This document shows, piece after piece, positions 1 to 11,741 of a stretch of DNA of 31,010 bases. Below the pieces are notes generated by a model. The model was given only the letters and a program-made list of their open reading frames with translations, was not told where the DNA came from and did not search any database. This DNA is from Octopus sinensis (taxonomy: Eukaryota): contig NW_021833209.1 of the NCBI RefSeq assembly GCF_006345805.1, positions 1-31,010 on the forward strand, in the 5' to 3' direction. The position numbers and the translations under genes are program-made. Numbering within the stretch: position 1 is the first letter of the stretch; every line of letters begins with the position of its first letter.

Positions 1-57
1 TTTAAATATATGCTATATATTATATGTATGTCTCTCTCTATCTATCTATCAATCTAT

Positions 58-159
58 TTAATAAATTTTAGGGTAGCAAAAAACTCTAGAAGAATTCTCC
101 GCTACCAGCTGGTAGCGAAGAATTTTTCTAGAATTTTTTGCTGCCCTAAAATTTATTAA
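58..159. repeat. Loopless 102-bp near-perfect palindrome centred on CAGCTG (palindromic MITE-like)
   Basis: The 51-bp arms 58-108 and 109-159 are reverse complements with 4 transition mismatches. Confidence 0.9.
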
Positions 160-374
160 TTAATGATTTTTTGCCTAATTTTGAAATTAAATCAGCAGTT
201 TATATTTACTGCTGAGGAAACCGCGCGAACGTGGTGGATGCTTGTTATCGCCTCGTGAATATATGGTAGTCCTTGGCTTTTCTGCTGATGAGGCAACGCC
301 AGTGGTAAATAAATTAATTTTATTTACAAAAGATTGTTGAAACTATGCATAGTCCAGAAAGGAGAGGGTAAACT

Positions 375-758
375 TTACTCTTTTACTTGTTTCAGTCATT
401 TGACTGCGGCCATGCTGGAGCACCGCCTTTAGTCGAGCAAATCGACCCCGGGACTTATTCTTTGTAAGCCCAGTACTTATTCTATTGGTCTCTTTTGCCG
501 AACCGCTAAGTGACGGGGATGTAAACACACTAGGAGGACAAACACAGACACACAAACATATACACACATATATATATATATACATACATATTTACGACAG
601 GCTTCTTTCAGTTTCCGTCTACCAAATCCACTCACAAGGCATTGGTTGGCCCGGGGCTATAGCAGAAGACACTTGCCCAAGGTGCCATGCAGTGGGACTG
701 AACCCGGAACCATGTGGTTGGTTAGCAAGCTACTTACCACACAGCCACTCCTGCGCCT
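375..758 (-). mobile_element. Full-length tRNA-derived SINE (family B) with internal (CA)n/(TA)n microsatellite
   Basis: The minus strand begins AGGCGCAGGAGTGGCTGTGTGGTAAG (A box)...GGTTCAGTCCC (B-box-like) and ends in a (TAAAAGAG)n tail. The same sequence recurs at 23240-23637, 24060-24485 and 5190-9766. Confidence 0.9.
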
Positions 759-1289
759 CCGTTTTTATTTCTCTTTCCATTTCAGAATTACAACTATTAG
801 TGGTTTGGAGTTTAGCTGCTCTTTCTAGTGAGTCGGATGTCCTATTATGGCCATCCCTTATATGTTTGAATGTATCTATGAATCTATATATATTCTAAAG
901 AACCTCCCAAAACTTGACACCAATATCTATGAAGAAAGCCAAACAATATCAAAGTAAGCAATACCCATAAAATGTGAATCCAAAAAACACTTTCCACATT
1001 ACAAGAATGAAGGGCAACTAAGAATAATGAAACTAAGAAACAAGAAATTCGATGGGAGTACAAAAGTGTACGCCCATCATCAGCTGCCAAATGGATATCA
1101 CAATGCTTTTGACACCTAGACAGTACCATTCAATCTGGGAGTGTTGACAGCATTAAAATTATAAATGCTGCCTGGAATCAACCAGCTTATTACTACAAGG
1201 ATGTGAAAGACAACAAATAGTGAGAATTTACAGCTACAAATGATGTATGTATGAATTATAGATGCATTTCATGTATATCATATAGATAT

Positions 1290-2458
1290 AGAGACACATG
1301 GACTAGTGGTTAGAGCAGCGGACTCGCGATCGAGGGATCGCCGGTTCGATTCTCAGACTGGGCGATGTGTGTGTTTATGAGCGAAACACCTAAGCTCCAT
1401 GCAACTCCGGCAGAAGATAATGGCGAAACTTCTACTGCCTTTTTCTCCACAACTTTCTCTCACTTTTTCCTCCTGCATCTTGCAGCTCACTTGCGACGGA
1501 ACGGCATCCCGTCCAGGTGGGGAACCTATATGCCAAGAAAACTGGGAAACTGGCCCTTATGAGCCTGGCATGGCTCGAGAAGGAACATTTATTTTTGTGG
1601 AGGCACATGGCCTAGTGGTTAGAGCAGCGGATTCGCGCTCGAGGGATCGCAGGTTCGAATCTCAGACCAGGCGATATGCAGCTCCGGCAGAAGGTAATGG
1701 CGAAACTTCTGCTGACTCTTTCACTACAACTTTCTCTCACTCTTTCCTCCTGCATCTTGCAGCTCACCTGCGAAGGACCGGCGTCCCGTCCAGGTGCGAA
1801 ACCTTTACGCCAAGAAACCGGGAAACCAGCATTTATGAGCCTGGCATGGCTCAAGAAGGAACATTGTGGAGGCATATGGCCTAGTGGTTAGAGCAGCGGA
1901 CTCGCCGTCGATGGATCGCGGGTTCGAATCTCAGACTGGGCGATGTGTGCGTTTATGAGCGAAAACACCTAAGCTCCAGGCGGCTCCGGCAGAAGGTAAT
2001 GGCGAAATTTCTGCTGACTTTTTCGCCACAACTTTCTCTCATTCTTTCCTCCTGCGTCTTGCAGCTCACCTGCAACGGACCGGCGTCCTGTCCGGGTGGG
2101 GAACCTATACACCAAGAAACCGGGAAACCGGCCCTTATGAGCCTGGCATGGCTCAAGAAGGAACATTTACTTTTGTGGAGGCACATGGCATAGTGGTTAG
2201 AGCAGCAGATTCGCGGTCGAGGGATCGCAGGTTCGAATCTCAGACTGGGCGATGTGTGTGTTTATGAGCGAAAACACCTAAGCTCCAGGCGGCTCCGGCA
2301 GAAGGTAATGGCGAAACTTCTGCTGACTTTTTCGCCACAACTTTCTCTCACTCTTTCCTCCTGCGACGGACCGGCGTCCTGTCCAGGTGGGGAACCTATA
2401 CACCAAGGAAACCGGGAAACTGACCCTTATGAGCCAAGCATGGCTCGAGAAGGAACAA
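1290..2458 (+). mobile_element. Four head-to-tail copies (about 270-310 bp) of a tRNA-headed SINE
   Basis: Units start near 1293, 1599, 1868 and 2177 with TGGCCTAGTGGTTAGAGC (A box) and GGTTCGAATC (B box). Each ends near GGCTCGAGAAGGAAC. Confidence 0.85.
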
Positions 2459-2827
2459 ACATAAATATCATATAGATGGTATCATAGTGAGAGTGACGGA
2501 CAGACAGACAGAAAGAAAGAGAAAGAAGATGAAAGAAAAATACAAAAATATGAATTGATAATGAAGAAAGGGAGGCAGCAGGGAGGTGGGTGGGTGGGTG
2601 TGCAAATCTTGTATTGCTGAGAAACGGCGTTCCGGAAGATGCAATTGCGTGCTCGGGTGCACATCTCGTCGTGTGTAGCTGAAGCCAAACGGTGGATTAC
2701 GCAACATGGAAAACAACAGCAATAACAACAACAAGGCATTACAAATAAATGAATAAATAAAACAAATAAATCAATAAATAAATAAATGACATAAGCAGAA
2801 TGGTTAAATAAAACAATATGTATGAGT

Positions 2828-2842
2828 GCATATATATATATA

Positions 2843-2881
<39 letters not shown>

Positions 2882-3103
2882 TATATATATATAGATATAT
2901 AGATATATTATATATTGTATATATATATATGTATATGTATATATATGTATATATATATATACATATATTATATATGTATATATATGTATATATATATATA
3001 TATATGTATATATATGTATATATATGTATATATATATATATGTATATATATAATATATATATACATATGTATATGTATATATGTATATACATACATATAT
3101 ATA

Positions 3104-3145
<42 letters not shown>

Positions 3146-3341
3146 AAATTATTAGAGAGTCATCCACTCCACTGTGGATAACTCTAGTGCTAAAAATAGC
3201 TCCGAAGCAACCACAGAAGATCCGTTTCCAACTAGAATCACACACATTTAACTGAAGGAAAGTGAAATACAACGAATAAAATAGATTGACTCTATACAAT
3301 TGACTCTATACAATATATATATATATATTATATATTATATG

Positions 3342-3375
<34 letters not shown>

Positions 3376-3480
3376 CACACATATATATATATATACATAT
3401 AATATTACATATATATAATATATTTATATATATATAATATATATATATGTATGTATGTATTTATATTTTTGTGTGTGCAT
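2828..3480. repeat. Compound (TA)n/(TATG)n microsatellites flanking a short unique segment (about 3150-3310)
   Basis: Visible directly; source of the IYIY pseudo-ORFs. Confidence 0.95.
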
Positions 3481-3544
3481 ATGCACATATATGTGTGTGT
3501 GTGGCATATTTGATGTCATACAAGACAGTGTTTTTTCCTCTGCC

Positions 3545-4040
3545 AAATTCAATTCAATTCAATTCAATTCAATTTTTATTGGCTCAAAAAGCAAAAAGCA
3601 AGGCCATGTAGGTGGACAGGGAGTTATGTACAGGGAGGGTCTTCATGCAAAGAGTTCAGGCCATTTCTGGTCAAGAGAGACTTTGAACCGAGCGGTCATC
3701 GGCATCTTCACCATCTCGTCCGGCAGCTTATTCCACGGATCCGCAACCCAGACGGAGAAAGCCCCTCTCCTTCGAGTGAGATGAAATCATCATAGATAGA
3801 GCTTTTCGGAGTGACCCTGCAGCCCATGCTCTGGGGCAGGAGTGAAGAACAGCTCTTTCGAGAGGTTACACTTTCCGCTTATGATGTTGTGAGCGAGAAT
3901 GAGATCACCACAGCGGGGGCGTTTTTCGAGAGAATAAAGGTCGAGCGTCTTCAGCCTTTCTTCATAAGACAAATACTTGAGACCAAGACCCAATGTCTCA
4001 AAAATATCACCTTGGATTCTATATGCAAAGTTGGGCCAAT
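3545..4040 (-). mobile_element. 3' end of a CR1/L2-clade LINE with (TTGAA)n tail
   Basis: ORF 3790-3993 reads LSYEERLKTLDLYSLEKR..RGDLI-like. It is followed in another frame by RRGAFSVWVADPWNKLPDEMV..FKVSLD, typical of CR1 ORF2 C-termini. The tail is (AATTC)n on the + strand at 3547-3572. Confidence 0.85.
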
Positions 4041-4160
4041 GTTACATGGTTTTATGTATTCAAAGCATTTTTCTCTAAATGTATGCTGCTGAAATTGGGA
4101 CATGTCTGATGTGCTGTGCATTTTTTATGCCATTGAATATACTATGTATGTATGTATGTA

Positions 4161-4385
4161 CAGGGGTTAGACAAAATAATGGAAACACCTGGCATCATAG
4201 CACCAAAATTTTGAAATATTTATAAAAGCATCAAAAGCTTCTTTATTTTTATGTTTTCTTAAATTTATTATTAGTGGAGAGCAAAAAGATGTATCTATAT
4301 TTCATTGTTTTCTAGAGTGAAGGTGTTAGAAGATGCACAGAATTTATAAATATTCAAATATTGCAGTGTGCACAGCATGTAAATA
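4161..4385. mobile_element. Tc1/mariner-like terminal fragment (one TIR)
   Basis: TA followed by CAGGGGTTAGACAAAATAATGGAAACACC resembles Tc1-type TIRs. No partner TIR is seen. Duplicated at about 6557. Confidence 0.55.
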
Positions 4386-4447
4386 CACACACACACACAT
4401 ATATATATATACATACATATATATATGTATATGTGTGTGTGTACATG

Positions 4448-4491
<44 letters not shown>

Positions 4492-4679
4492 CACATATAC
4501 ATACAATATACACATATACACATACATAACCATATACACATACATACATACTATATATATATATATATTATATATTTAATACACATACATATATAACATA
4601 TATATATATACATATATATACATACATACATACATACATATATATATACACATACATATGGTAACAAAAGCAAGAATAA

Positions 4680-4693
4680 CATTAATAATAATG

Positions 4694-4728
<35 letters not shown>

Positions 4729-4836
4729 GATAATAATAATAATAATAATAATTAATAATAATAATAATTAATAATAATAATAGTAGTAGTAGTAATAATA
4801 ATAATAATAATAATAATGATAATAATAATAATAATG

Positions 4837-4880
<44 letters not shown>
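4680..4880. repeat. (AAT)n microsatellite, duplicated at about 7085-7270
   Basis: Direct observation. Confidence 0.95.
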
Positions 4881-5189
4881 TCAAGCAAAAGGAGTCAAGT
4901 CCAGAAAACTTAGAAGAAACATAAATATATATGATGTTGTAACGTTCATGTTTCGTTCAAGGGCAGAAATAGCAACAACAGGAATAACAGGAATAACAAT
5001 AACATAAGCAGAGTGGTAGCAACAGCAAGACAATAACAGGAACAACAACCACATTGACAACATTCCTCAAACCGATGCTAACGTATGTATACCTATGTAT
5101 GTAACTGAAATTTACACAAACTTTTACGTCAATCTAAAATGATGACAAGAAAATGTTGCAGTGTCTTAATAAACAACATTTTTCTTTCT

Positions 5190-5692
5190 TTTCTTTTTAC
5201 TTGTTTCAGTCATTTGACTGTGGCCATGCTGGAGCACCGGCTTTTTTTTTCGTCGAGCAAATCGATCCCCGGGACTTATTCTTTTTTTGTTAAGCCCAGT
5301 ACTTATTCTATCGGTCTTCTTTTGCCGAGAACCGCTAAGTGACGGGGACATAAACACACCTGCATCGGTTGTCAAGCGATGTTGGATGGGACAAAACACA
5401 ACACACAACATACACACACACACACACACACACACAGACACATATATAATACTCTTTTACTCTCTTTTACTCTTTTAGTTGTTTCAGTCATTTGACTCTG
5501 GCCATGCTGGAGCACGCCTTTAATCGAGGCAACTCGATCCCAGGACTTATTCTTTTTTGTAAGCCCAGTACTTATCTATCGGTCTCTTTTGCCGAACCGC
5601 TATGTGACGGGGGACATAAACACACCAGCATCGGCTGTCAAGCGATGTTTGATGGGACAAACACAGACACACAAACATACACACACACACTT
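5190..5692 (-). mobile_element. Two tandem 3' halves of SINE family B
   Basis: TTGTTTCAGTCATTTGACT..GCCATGCTGGAGCAC..GGGACAAACACAGAC occurs twice, each copy ending in (CA)n. Confidence 0.85.
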
Positions 5693-5700
5693 GTATATAT

Positions 5701-5763
<63 letters not shown>

Positions 5764-5939
5764 CACACATATATATATATATACATATATATATATATCA
5801 CTATATTATATAATATTTTATATATATATATATATATAATATGTATGTATGTATTTATATTTTTGTGTGTGCATATGCAAATATATGTTGTGTGTGGCAT
5901 ATTTGATGTCATACAAGACAGTGTTTTTTCCTCTGCCAA

Positions 5940-6440
5940 ATTCAATCATCAATTCAATTCAATTCAATTTTTATTGGCTCAAAAAGCAAAAAGCAAAAGC
6001 AGGCCATGTAGGTGACAGGGAGTTATGTACAGGGAGGGTCTTCATGCAAAAGTTCAGGCCATTTCTGGTCAAGAGAGACTTTGAACCGAGCGGTCATCGG
6101 CATCTTCACACCATCTCGCCGGCAGCTTATTCCGGATCCGCAACCCAGACGGAGAAAGCCCCTCTCCTTCGAGTGAGATGAAATCATCATAGATAGAGCT
6201 TTTCGGAGTGACCCTGCAGCCCATGCTCTGGGGCAGGAGTGAAGAACAGCTCTTTCGAGAGTTACACTTTCACTTTCGCTTATGATGTTGTGAGCGAGAA
6301 TGAGATCACCACAGCGGGGGCGTTTTCGAGAGAATAAAGGTCGAGCGTCTTCAGCCTTCTTCATAAGACAAATACTTGAGACCAAGACCCAATGTCTCAA
6401 AAATTCACCTTGGATTCTATATGCAAAGTTGGGCCAATGT
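5940..6440 (-). mobile_element. Second (duplicated) copy of the CR1-like LINE 3' end
   Basis: Near-identical to 3545-4040 apart from small indels. Confidence 0.85.
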
Positions 6441-7091
6441 TACATGGTTTTATGTATTCAAAGCATTTTCCTCTAAATGTTGCTGCTGAAATTGGACATG
6501 TCTGATGTGCTGTGCATTTTTTATGCCATTGAATATACTATGTATGTATGTATGTACAGGGGTTAGACAAAATAATGAAACAACCTGGCATCATAGCAGC
6601 ACCAAAATTTTTGAAATATTTATAAAAGCATCAAAAGGCTTCTTTATTTTTATGTTTTCTCTTAAATTTATTATTTGGAGAGCAAAAAGATGTATCTATA
6701 TTTCATTGTTTTCTAAGAGTGAAGGTGTTAGAAGATGCACAGAATTTATAAATATTCAAATATTGCAGTGTGTGCACAGCATGTAAATACACCACACACC
6801 ATATATAATATATACATACATATATATAGTATATGTGTGTGTGTACATGTATATACATATATATTATATATATATAATATATATAATACATTACACATAT
6901 ACATACACATATACACATATACACATACATACACATATACACATACCATACCTATATATATATATATATTATATATTTACATACACATACATATATAACA
7001 TATATATATACATATATATACATACATACATACATACATATATATATACACATACATATGGTAACAAAGCAAGAATAACATTAAAATAATG

Positions 7092-7125
<34 letters not shown>

Positions 7126-7579
7126 TGATATAATATAATAATAATCATTAATAATAATAATAATTAATAATATAATAGTAGTAGTAGTATAAAATAATAA
7201 TATAATCATGATAATAATAATAATAATGATAATAATAATAATAATAATAATATAATAATAATAATAATTCAAGCAAAAGGAGTCAAGTCCAGAAAACTTA
7301 GAAGAAACATAATATATATGAGTTGTACCTTTCATGTTTCGTTCAAGGGCAGAAATAGCAACAACAGGAATACAGGAATAACAATAACATAAGCAGAGTG
7401 GTAGCAACAGCAAGACAATAACAGGAACAACAACCACATTGACAACATTCCTCAAACCGATGCTAACGTATGTAATACCTATGTATGTAACTGAAATTTA
7501 CACAAACTTTTACGTCAAACTAAAATGATGACAAGAAATGTTGCAGTGTCTTAATAAACAACATTTTTCTTTCTTTCTT

Positions 7580-8354
7580 TTCTTTTTACTTGTTTCTAGT
7601 CATTGACTGTGGCCATGCTGGAGCACCGCCTTTTTTTTTCGTCGAGCAAATCGATCCCCCGGGACTTATTCTTTTTTTGTTAAGCCCAGTACTTATTCTA
7701 TCGGTCTCTTTTGCCGAACCGCTAAGTGACGGGGACATAAACACACCTGCATCGGTTGTCAAGCGATGTTGGATGGGACAAACACAGACACACAAACATA
7801 CACCACACACACACACACACACAGACACATATATATATACTCTTTTACTCTCTTTTACTCTTTTAGTTGTTTCAGTCATTTGACTCTGGCCATGCTGGAG
7901 CACCGCCTTTAATCGAGCAACTCGATCCCAGGACTTATTCTTTTTTGTAAGCCCAGTACTTATTCTATCGGTCTCTTTTGCCGAACCGCTAAGTGACGGG
8001 GACATAAACACACCTGCCTCGCGTTGTCAAGCGATGTTGGATGGGACAAACACAGACACACAACATACACCACACACACACAACACCACCAGACACATAT
8101 TATATATACTCTTTTACTCTCTTTTACTCTTTTAGTTGTTTCAGTCATTTGACTCTGGCCATGCTGGAGCCACCGCCTTTAATCGAGCAGCAACTCGATC
8201 CCAGGACTTATTCTTTTTTGCTAAGCCCGTACTTATTCTACTCGGTCTCTTTTGCCGAACCGCTATGTGACGGGGGACATAAACACACCAGCATCGGCTG
8301 TCAAGCGATGTTTGATGGGACAAACACAGACACACAAACATACACACACACACT

Positions 8355-8355
<1 letters not shown>
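7580..8355 (-). mobile_element. Three tandem 3' halves of SINE family B
   Basis: Units start near 7585, 7860 and 8130. Confidence 0.85.
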
Positions 8356-8397
<42 letters not shown>

Positions 8398-8410
8398 ATA
8401 TGTATATTAT

Positions 8411-9766
8411 CATATACGATGAGCTTCTCTCAGTTTCTGTCTACCAAATCCACTCACAAGGCTTTGGTCAGCCCGACTATAGCGGAAGACACTTGCCCAA
8501 GGTGCCACGCAGTGGGACTGAACCTGGAACCATGTGGTTGGTAAGCAAGCTACTTACCACACACATCCACTCCTGCGCATATACGACGGGCTTCTTTCAG
8601 TTTCCGTCTACCAAATCCACTCACAAGGCATTGGTCGGGCCGGGGCTATAGCAGAAGACACTTGCCCAAGGTGCCACGCAATGGGACTGAACCCGGAACC
8701 ATGTGGTTGGTAAGCAAGCTACTTACCACACAGCCACTCCTGCGCATATACGACGGGCTTCTTTCAGTTTCCGTCTACCAAATCCACTCACAAGGCTTTG
8801 GTCAGCCCGAGGCTATAGCAGAAGACACTTGCCCAAGGTGCCACGCAGTGGGACCCAACCCGGAACCATGTGGTTGGTAAGCAAGCTACTTACCACACAG
8901 GCACTCCTGCGCATATACGACGGGCTTCTTTCAGTTTCCGTCTACCAAATCCACTCACAAGGCTTTGGTCAGCCCGAGGCTATAGTAGTAGACACTTGCC
9001 CAAGGTGCCACGCAGTGGGACCCAACCCGGAACCATGTGGTTGGTAAGCAAGCTACTTACCACAACAGGCACTCCTGCGCATATACGACGGGCTTCTTTT
9101 CAGTTTCCGTCTACCAAATCCACTCACAAGGCTTTGGTCAGCCCGAGGCTATAGCGGAAGACACTTGCCCAAGGTGCCACGCAGTGGGACCCAACCCGGA
9201 ACCATGTGGTTGGTAAGCAAGCTACTTACCACACAGCCACTCCTGCGCATATACGACGGGCTTCTTTCAGTTTCCGTCTACCAAATCCACTCACAAGGCT
9301 TTGGTCAGCCCGAGGCTATAGCAGAAGACACTTGCCCAAGGTGCCACGCAATGGGACTGAACCCGGAACCATGTGGTTGGTAAGCAAGCTACTTACCACA
9401 CACCACTCCTGCCCATATCGATAGACGGGCTTCTTTTCAGTTTCCGTCTACCAAATCCACTCACAAGCACAAGGCTTTGGTCAGCCCGAGGCTATAGCAG
9501 AAGACACTTGCCCAAGGTGCCACGCAGTGGGACCCAACCCGGAACCATGTGGTTGGTAAGCAAGCTACTTACCACACAGCCACTCCTGCGCATATACGAC
9601 GGGCTTCTTTCAGTTTCCGTCTACCAAATCCACTCACAAGCAAGGCTTTGGTCAGCCCGGGGCTATAGCAAAGACGACACTTGCCCAAGGTGCCACGCAA
9701 TGGGACTGAACCCGGAACCATGTGGTTGGTAAGCAAGCTACTTACCACACAGCCACTCCTATGCCT
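8411..9766 (-). repeat. Eight tandem copies (about 167 bp) of the 5' tRNA-related half of SINE family B
   Basis: Unit starts (CATATACGA or variant) at 8411, 8578, 8745, 8912, 9080, 9248, 9414 and 9591. Confidence 0.93.
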
Positions 9767-9906
9767 AACATATTAATAAAATTTTTTGCTTGCATTGTTT
9801 GTTTTGAATATCACCTTTACTCTGAACCTACAGATCCTTTTCTAAAACTGTCATCCCATATGAACACCTTTTTCTCCACTTATTGTCTCCATATTTAAAC
9901 CTAAGT

Positions 9907-10510
9907 GGAGGCGCATTGGCCCAGTGGTTAGGGCAGCGGACTCGCGGTCGTAGGATCGCAGTTTCGATTCCCAGACCGGGCATTGTGAGTGTTTATTGAG
10001 CGAAAACACCTAAAGCTCCACGAGGCTCCGGCAGGGGATGGTGGTGAACCCTTCTGTACCCTTTCACCACAACTTCCTCTCACTCTTACTTCCTGTTTCT
10101 GTTGTACCTGTATTTCAAAGGGCCAGCCTTGTCAGACTCTGTGTCACGCTGAATATCCCCGGGAACTGCGTTAAGGGTACACAGACCTGTATTCGCCTTG
10201 GGGAGGCGCAATGGCCCAGTGGTTAGGGCAGCGGACTCGCGGTCGTAGGATCGCAGTTTCGATTCCCAGACCGGGCATTGTGAGTGTTTATTGAGCGAAA
10301 ACACCTAAAGCTCCACGAGGCTCCGGCAGGGGATGGTGGTGAACCCTGCTGTACCCTTTCACCACAACTTCCTCTCACTCTTACTTCCTGTTTCTGTTGT
10401 ACCTGTATTGCAAAAGGGCCGGCCTTGTCAGACTCTGTGTCATGCCGAATCTCCCCATTAAGGGTACACGTGTCTGTGGAGTGCTGAGCCACTTGCACGT
10501 TAATAAATAA
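9907..10510 (+). mobile_element. Two tandem tRNA-headed SINEs (family D)
   Basis: GGAGGCGCA(A/T)TGGCCCAGTGGTTAGGGCAGCGG heads at about 9907 and 10202. The 3' part of the same family recurs at 17027-17218. Confidence 0.88.
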
Positions 10511-11100
10511 GCGGCAATGGTGGGTAGCAACAGTGGAGACATTATCAACACAAAATGTCAACGAAGCAGTAACAGTACCTTTGACAACAACAATGGTAAC
10601 AGAGTGAGGTGTTATCGACATTAGCACAAACAAAATAGCAACATAAAAAGTAGCAATAGTGGAGACATTTATGAATAGCAACGGAAATACTAGCAACAAA
10701 AACAGTGGTAGCATTATTAACTCTGACATTAACAAAATAGCAATGTCAATAATAACAAGAATACCAACAGTAGCAACACCAATAGCAACAATGGAGTCAA
10801 TAGCAACACCGATAGCAACACAGACATGGGTAAAAGAACAACAAAAGCAGCAGGATATAGAAAATGGCAACAGCAACATCAATGACAGCATAAAAAATAG
10901 CAACACCGAGGACACAGTAACAATAACATTGAGAAAATAGCAACAGCAAACATTAAGAATTTAGCAACATCAACAACAATGACATGAAAGAAGCAAAGAG
11001 AAATATCAAGGATATAGCAACATCAACGGCAATGCATACAAAGAATAGCAACATTAATACTGAGAAAGCAGCAGCACCAAGAAAATAACAACAATGCAAA

Positions 11101-11132
<32 letters not shown>

Positions 11133-11340
11133 CATCATTTGCAACATTGATGAAAATAGCACCGTAAAAGGATCGAGAAGATAGCAACAGCATGATCGAA
11201 CAAAAGTAATACGGCAGGGGGTGTGGAAAGAAAAGCATTATCAACATTATCAGAAAGAATTAGCAACAACATCCATGAGACAACATTGAGAAAGTAGAGA
11301 AGCAATTTAAATATAAAAAAAACAACAGTAACAATCAAAG
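10510..11340. repeat. Old degenerate (AAC/AGC/AAT)-rich low-complexity tract
   Basis: Recurrent ATAGCAACA(A/G)(C/T)A motifs. The ORFs have no recognisable domain. Confidence 0.7.
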
Positions 11341-11409
11341 AAAGAATATTATGGCCAGCTGTAGCTTGCTTGTGGTTAGTTGGATGTGCGGTTGCAAATA
11401 TTGTCTTAC

Positions 11410-11577
11410 CTCTTTAGCTGTCCCGGGTGTGGTGACCAGACCAAATATAGCGAATCCTGGAATACAGAGGATAGAGGAGAGAGCAACGCACCAACCAATC
11501 AGATTAGCCGCCCAAGGGTACTCATAGTCGTCGTACTTTAGGGGCTGGTAAGCAACCAAACCGAATATTATGTTGAA
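11410..11577 (-). CDS. DAT: DAT-like exon (168 nt, phase 0-0): FNIIFGLVAYQPLKYDDYEYPWAANLIGWCVALSSILCIPGFAIFGLVTTPGTAKE (TM11-TM12)
   Basis: Acceptor ttccag|TTCAAC and donor GAG|gtaaga. Contains the Y.YP.WA..IGW..A.SS...IP TM12 signature. Confidence 0.95.
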
Positions 11578-11741
11578 CTGGAAGGAGAGGAGAAATTGTA
11601 AATGTGAATAAAAAAAAGGGCTGAATTTTAAAGGAGGCTGGGGTGGGATGAAGGGGGTAGTGATGAATGGGAGGTGGTAGTGATGGATGGATTTAATGAC
11701 AAGGGGGGATGGTGAGTGAACCTTCATCGTTTTCCCTCGAT

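Larger units (their letters stand above)
3310..8395. repeat. Tandem segmental duplication of about 2.4 kb (copy 1 about 3310-5700, copy 2 about 5700-8395)
   Basis: The same order of CR1 fragment, Tc1 TIR, (CA/TA)n, (AAT)n, unique sequence and SINE 3' halves recurs at an offset of about 2390-2400. Confidence 0.92.

Noticed and set aside
762-900. Plus-strand acceptor-like site (ctctttccatttcag) suggesting a convergent gene's last exon
   Set aside because: The short ORFs have no recognisable homology and there is no other exon support in the window.
1116-1192. Candidate terminal DAT exon (ISWLIPGSIYNFNAVNTPRLNGTV*) after acceptor-like AGs at about 1193 and 1172
   Set aside because: This frame needs phase 1 but the last confident exon ends in phase 0. 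In phase 0 these acceptors give an immediate stop or AAFIILMLSTLPD*. No DAT similarity.
1293-1375. tRNA-gene-like A/B boxes (also about 9907, 16740, 19455 and 28015)
   Set aside because: No complete cloverleaf or acceptor stem. Each continues into a SINE body.
2600-2680. CpG-rich unique segment with possible acceptor (LHTTRCAPEHAI...)
   Set aside because: Weak polypyrimidine tract, no donor, and the resemblance to the DAT tail is too slight.
3140-3251. Strong minus-strand acceptor (tttcactttccttcag) opening [17 protein letters not shown]...
   Set aside because: No convincing donor, the frame runs into (TA)n, and there is no similarity to SLC6 C-termini. It cannot be excluded without cDNA.
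2877-7455. IYIY, HTHT, poly-I and poly-L ORFs (also 21255-22628 and 26854-27534)
   Set aside because: Translations of (TA)n, (TACA)n, (CA)n and (AAT)n microsatellites.
8411-9766. Regular repeat array superficially like CRISPR, and recurring ORFs (MPKVPRSGTEPGTMWLVSK...)
   Set aside because: There are no unique spacers, the units are SINE halves in a eukaryotic intron, and the same pseudo-peptides recur at every SINE copy.
10223-10940. 230-aa hydrophobic ORF (-) and 93-aa N/T/I-rich ORF (+)
   Set aside because: They span a SINE plus degenerate AAC/AGC repeats, with no domain or splice support.
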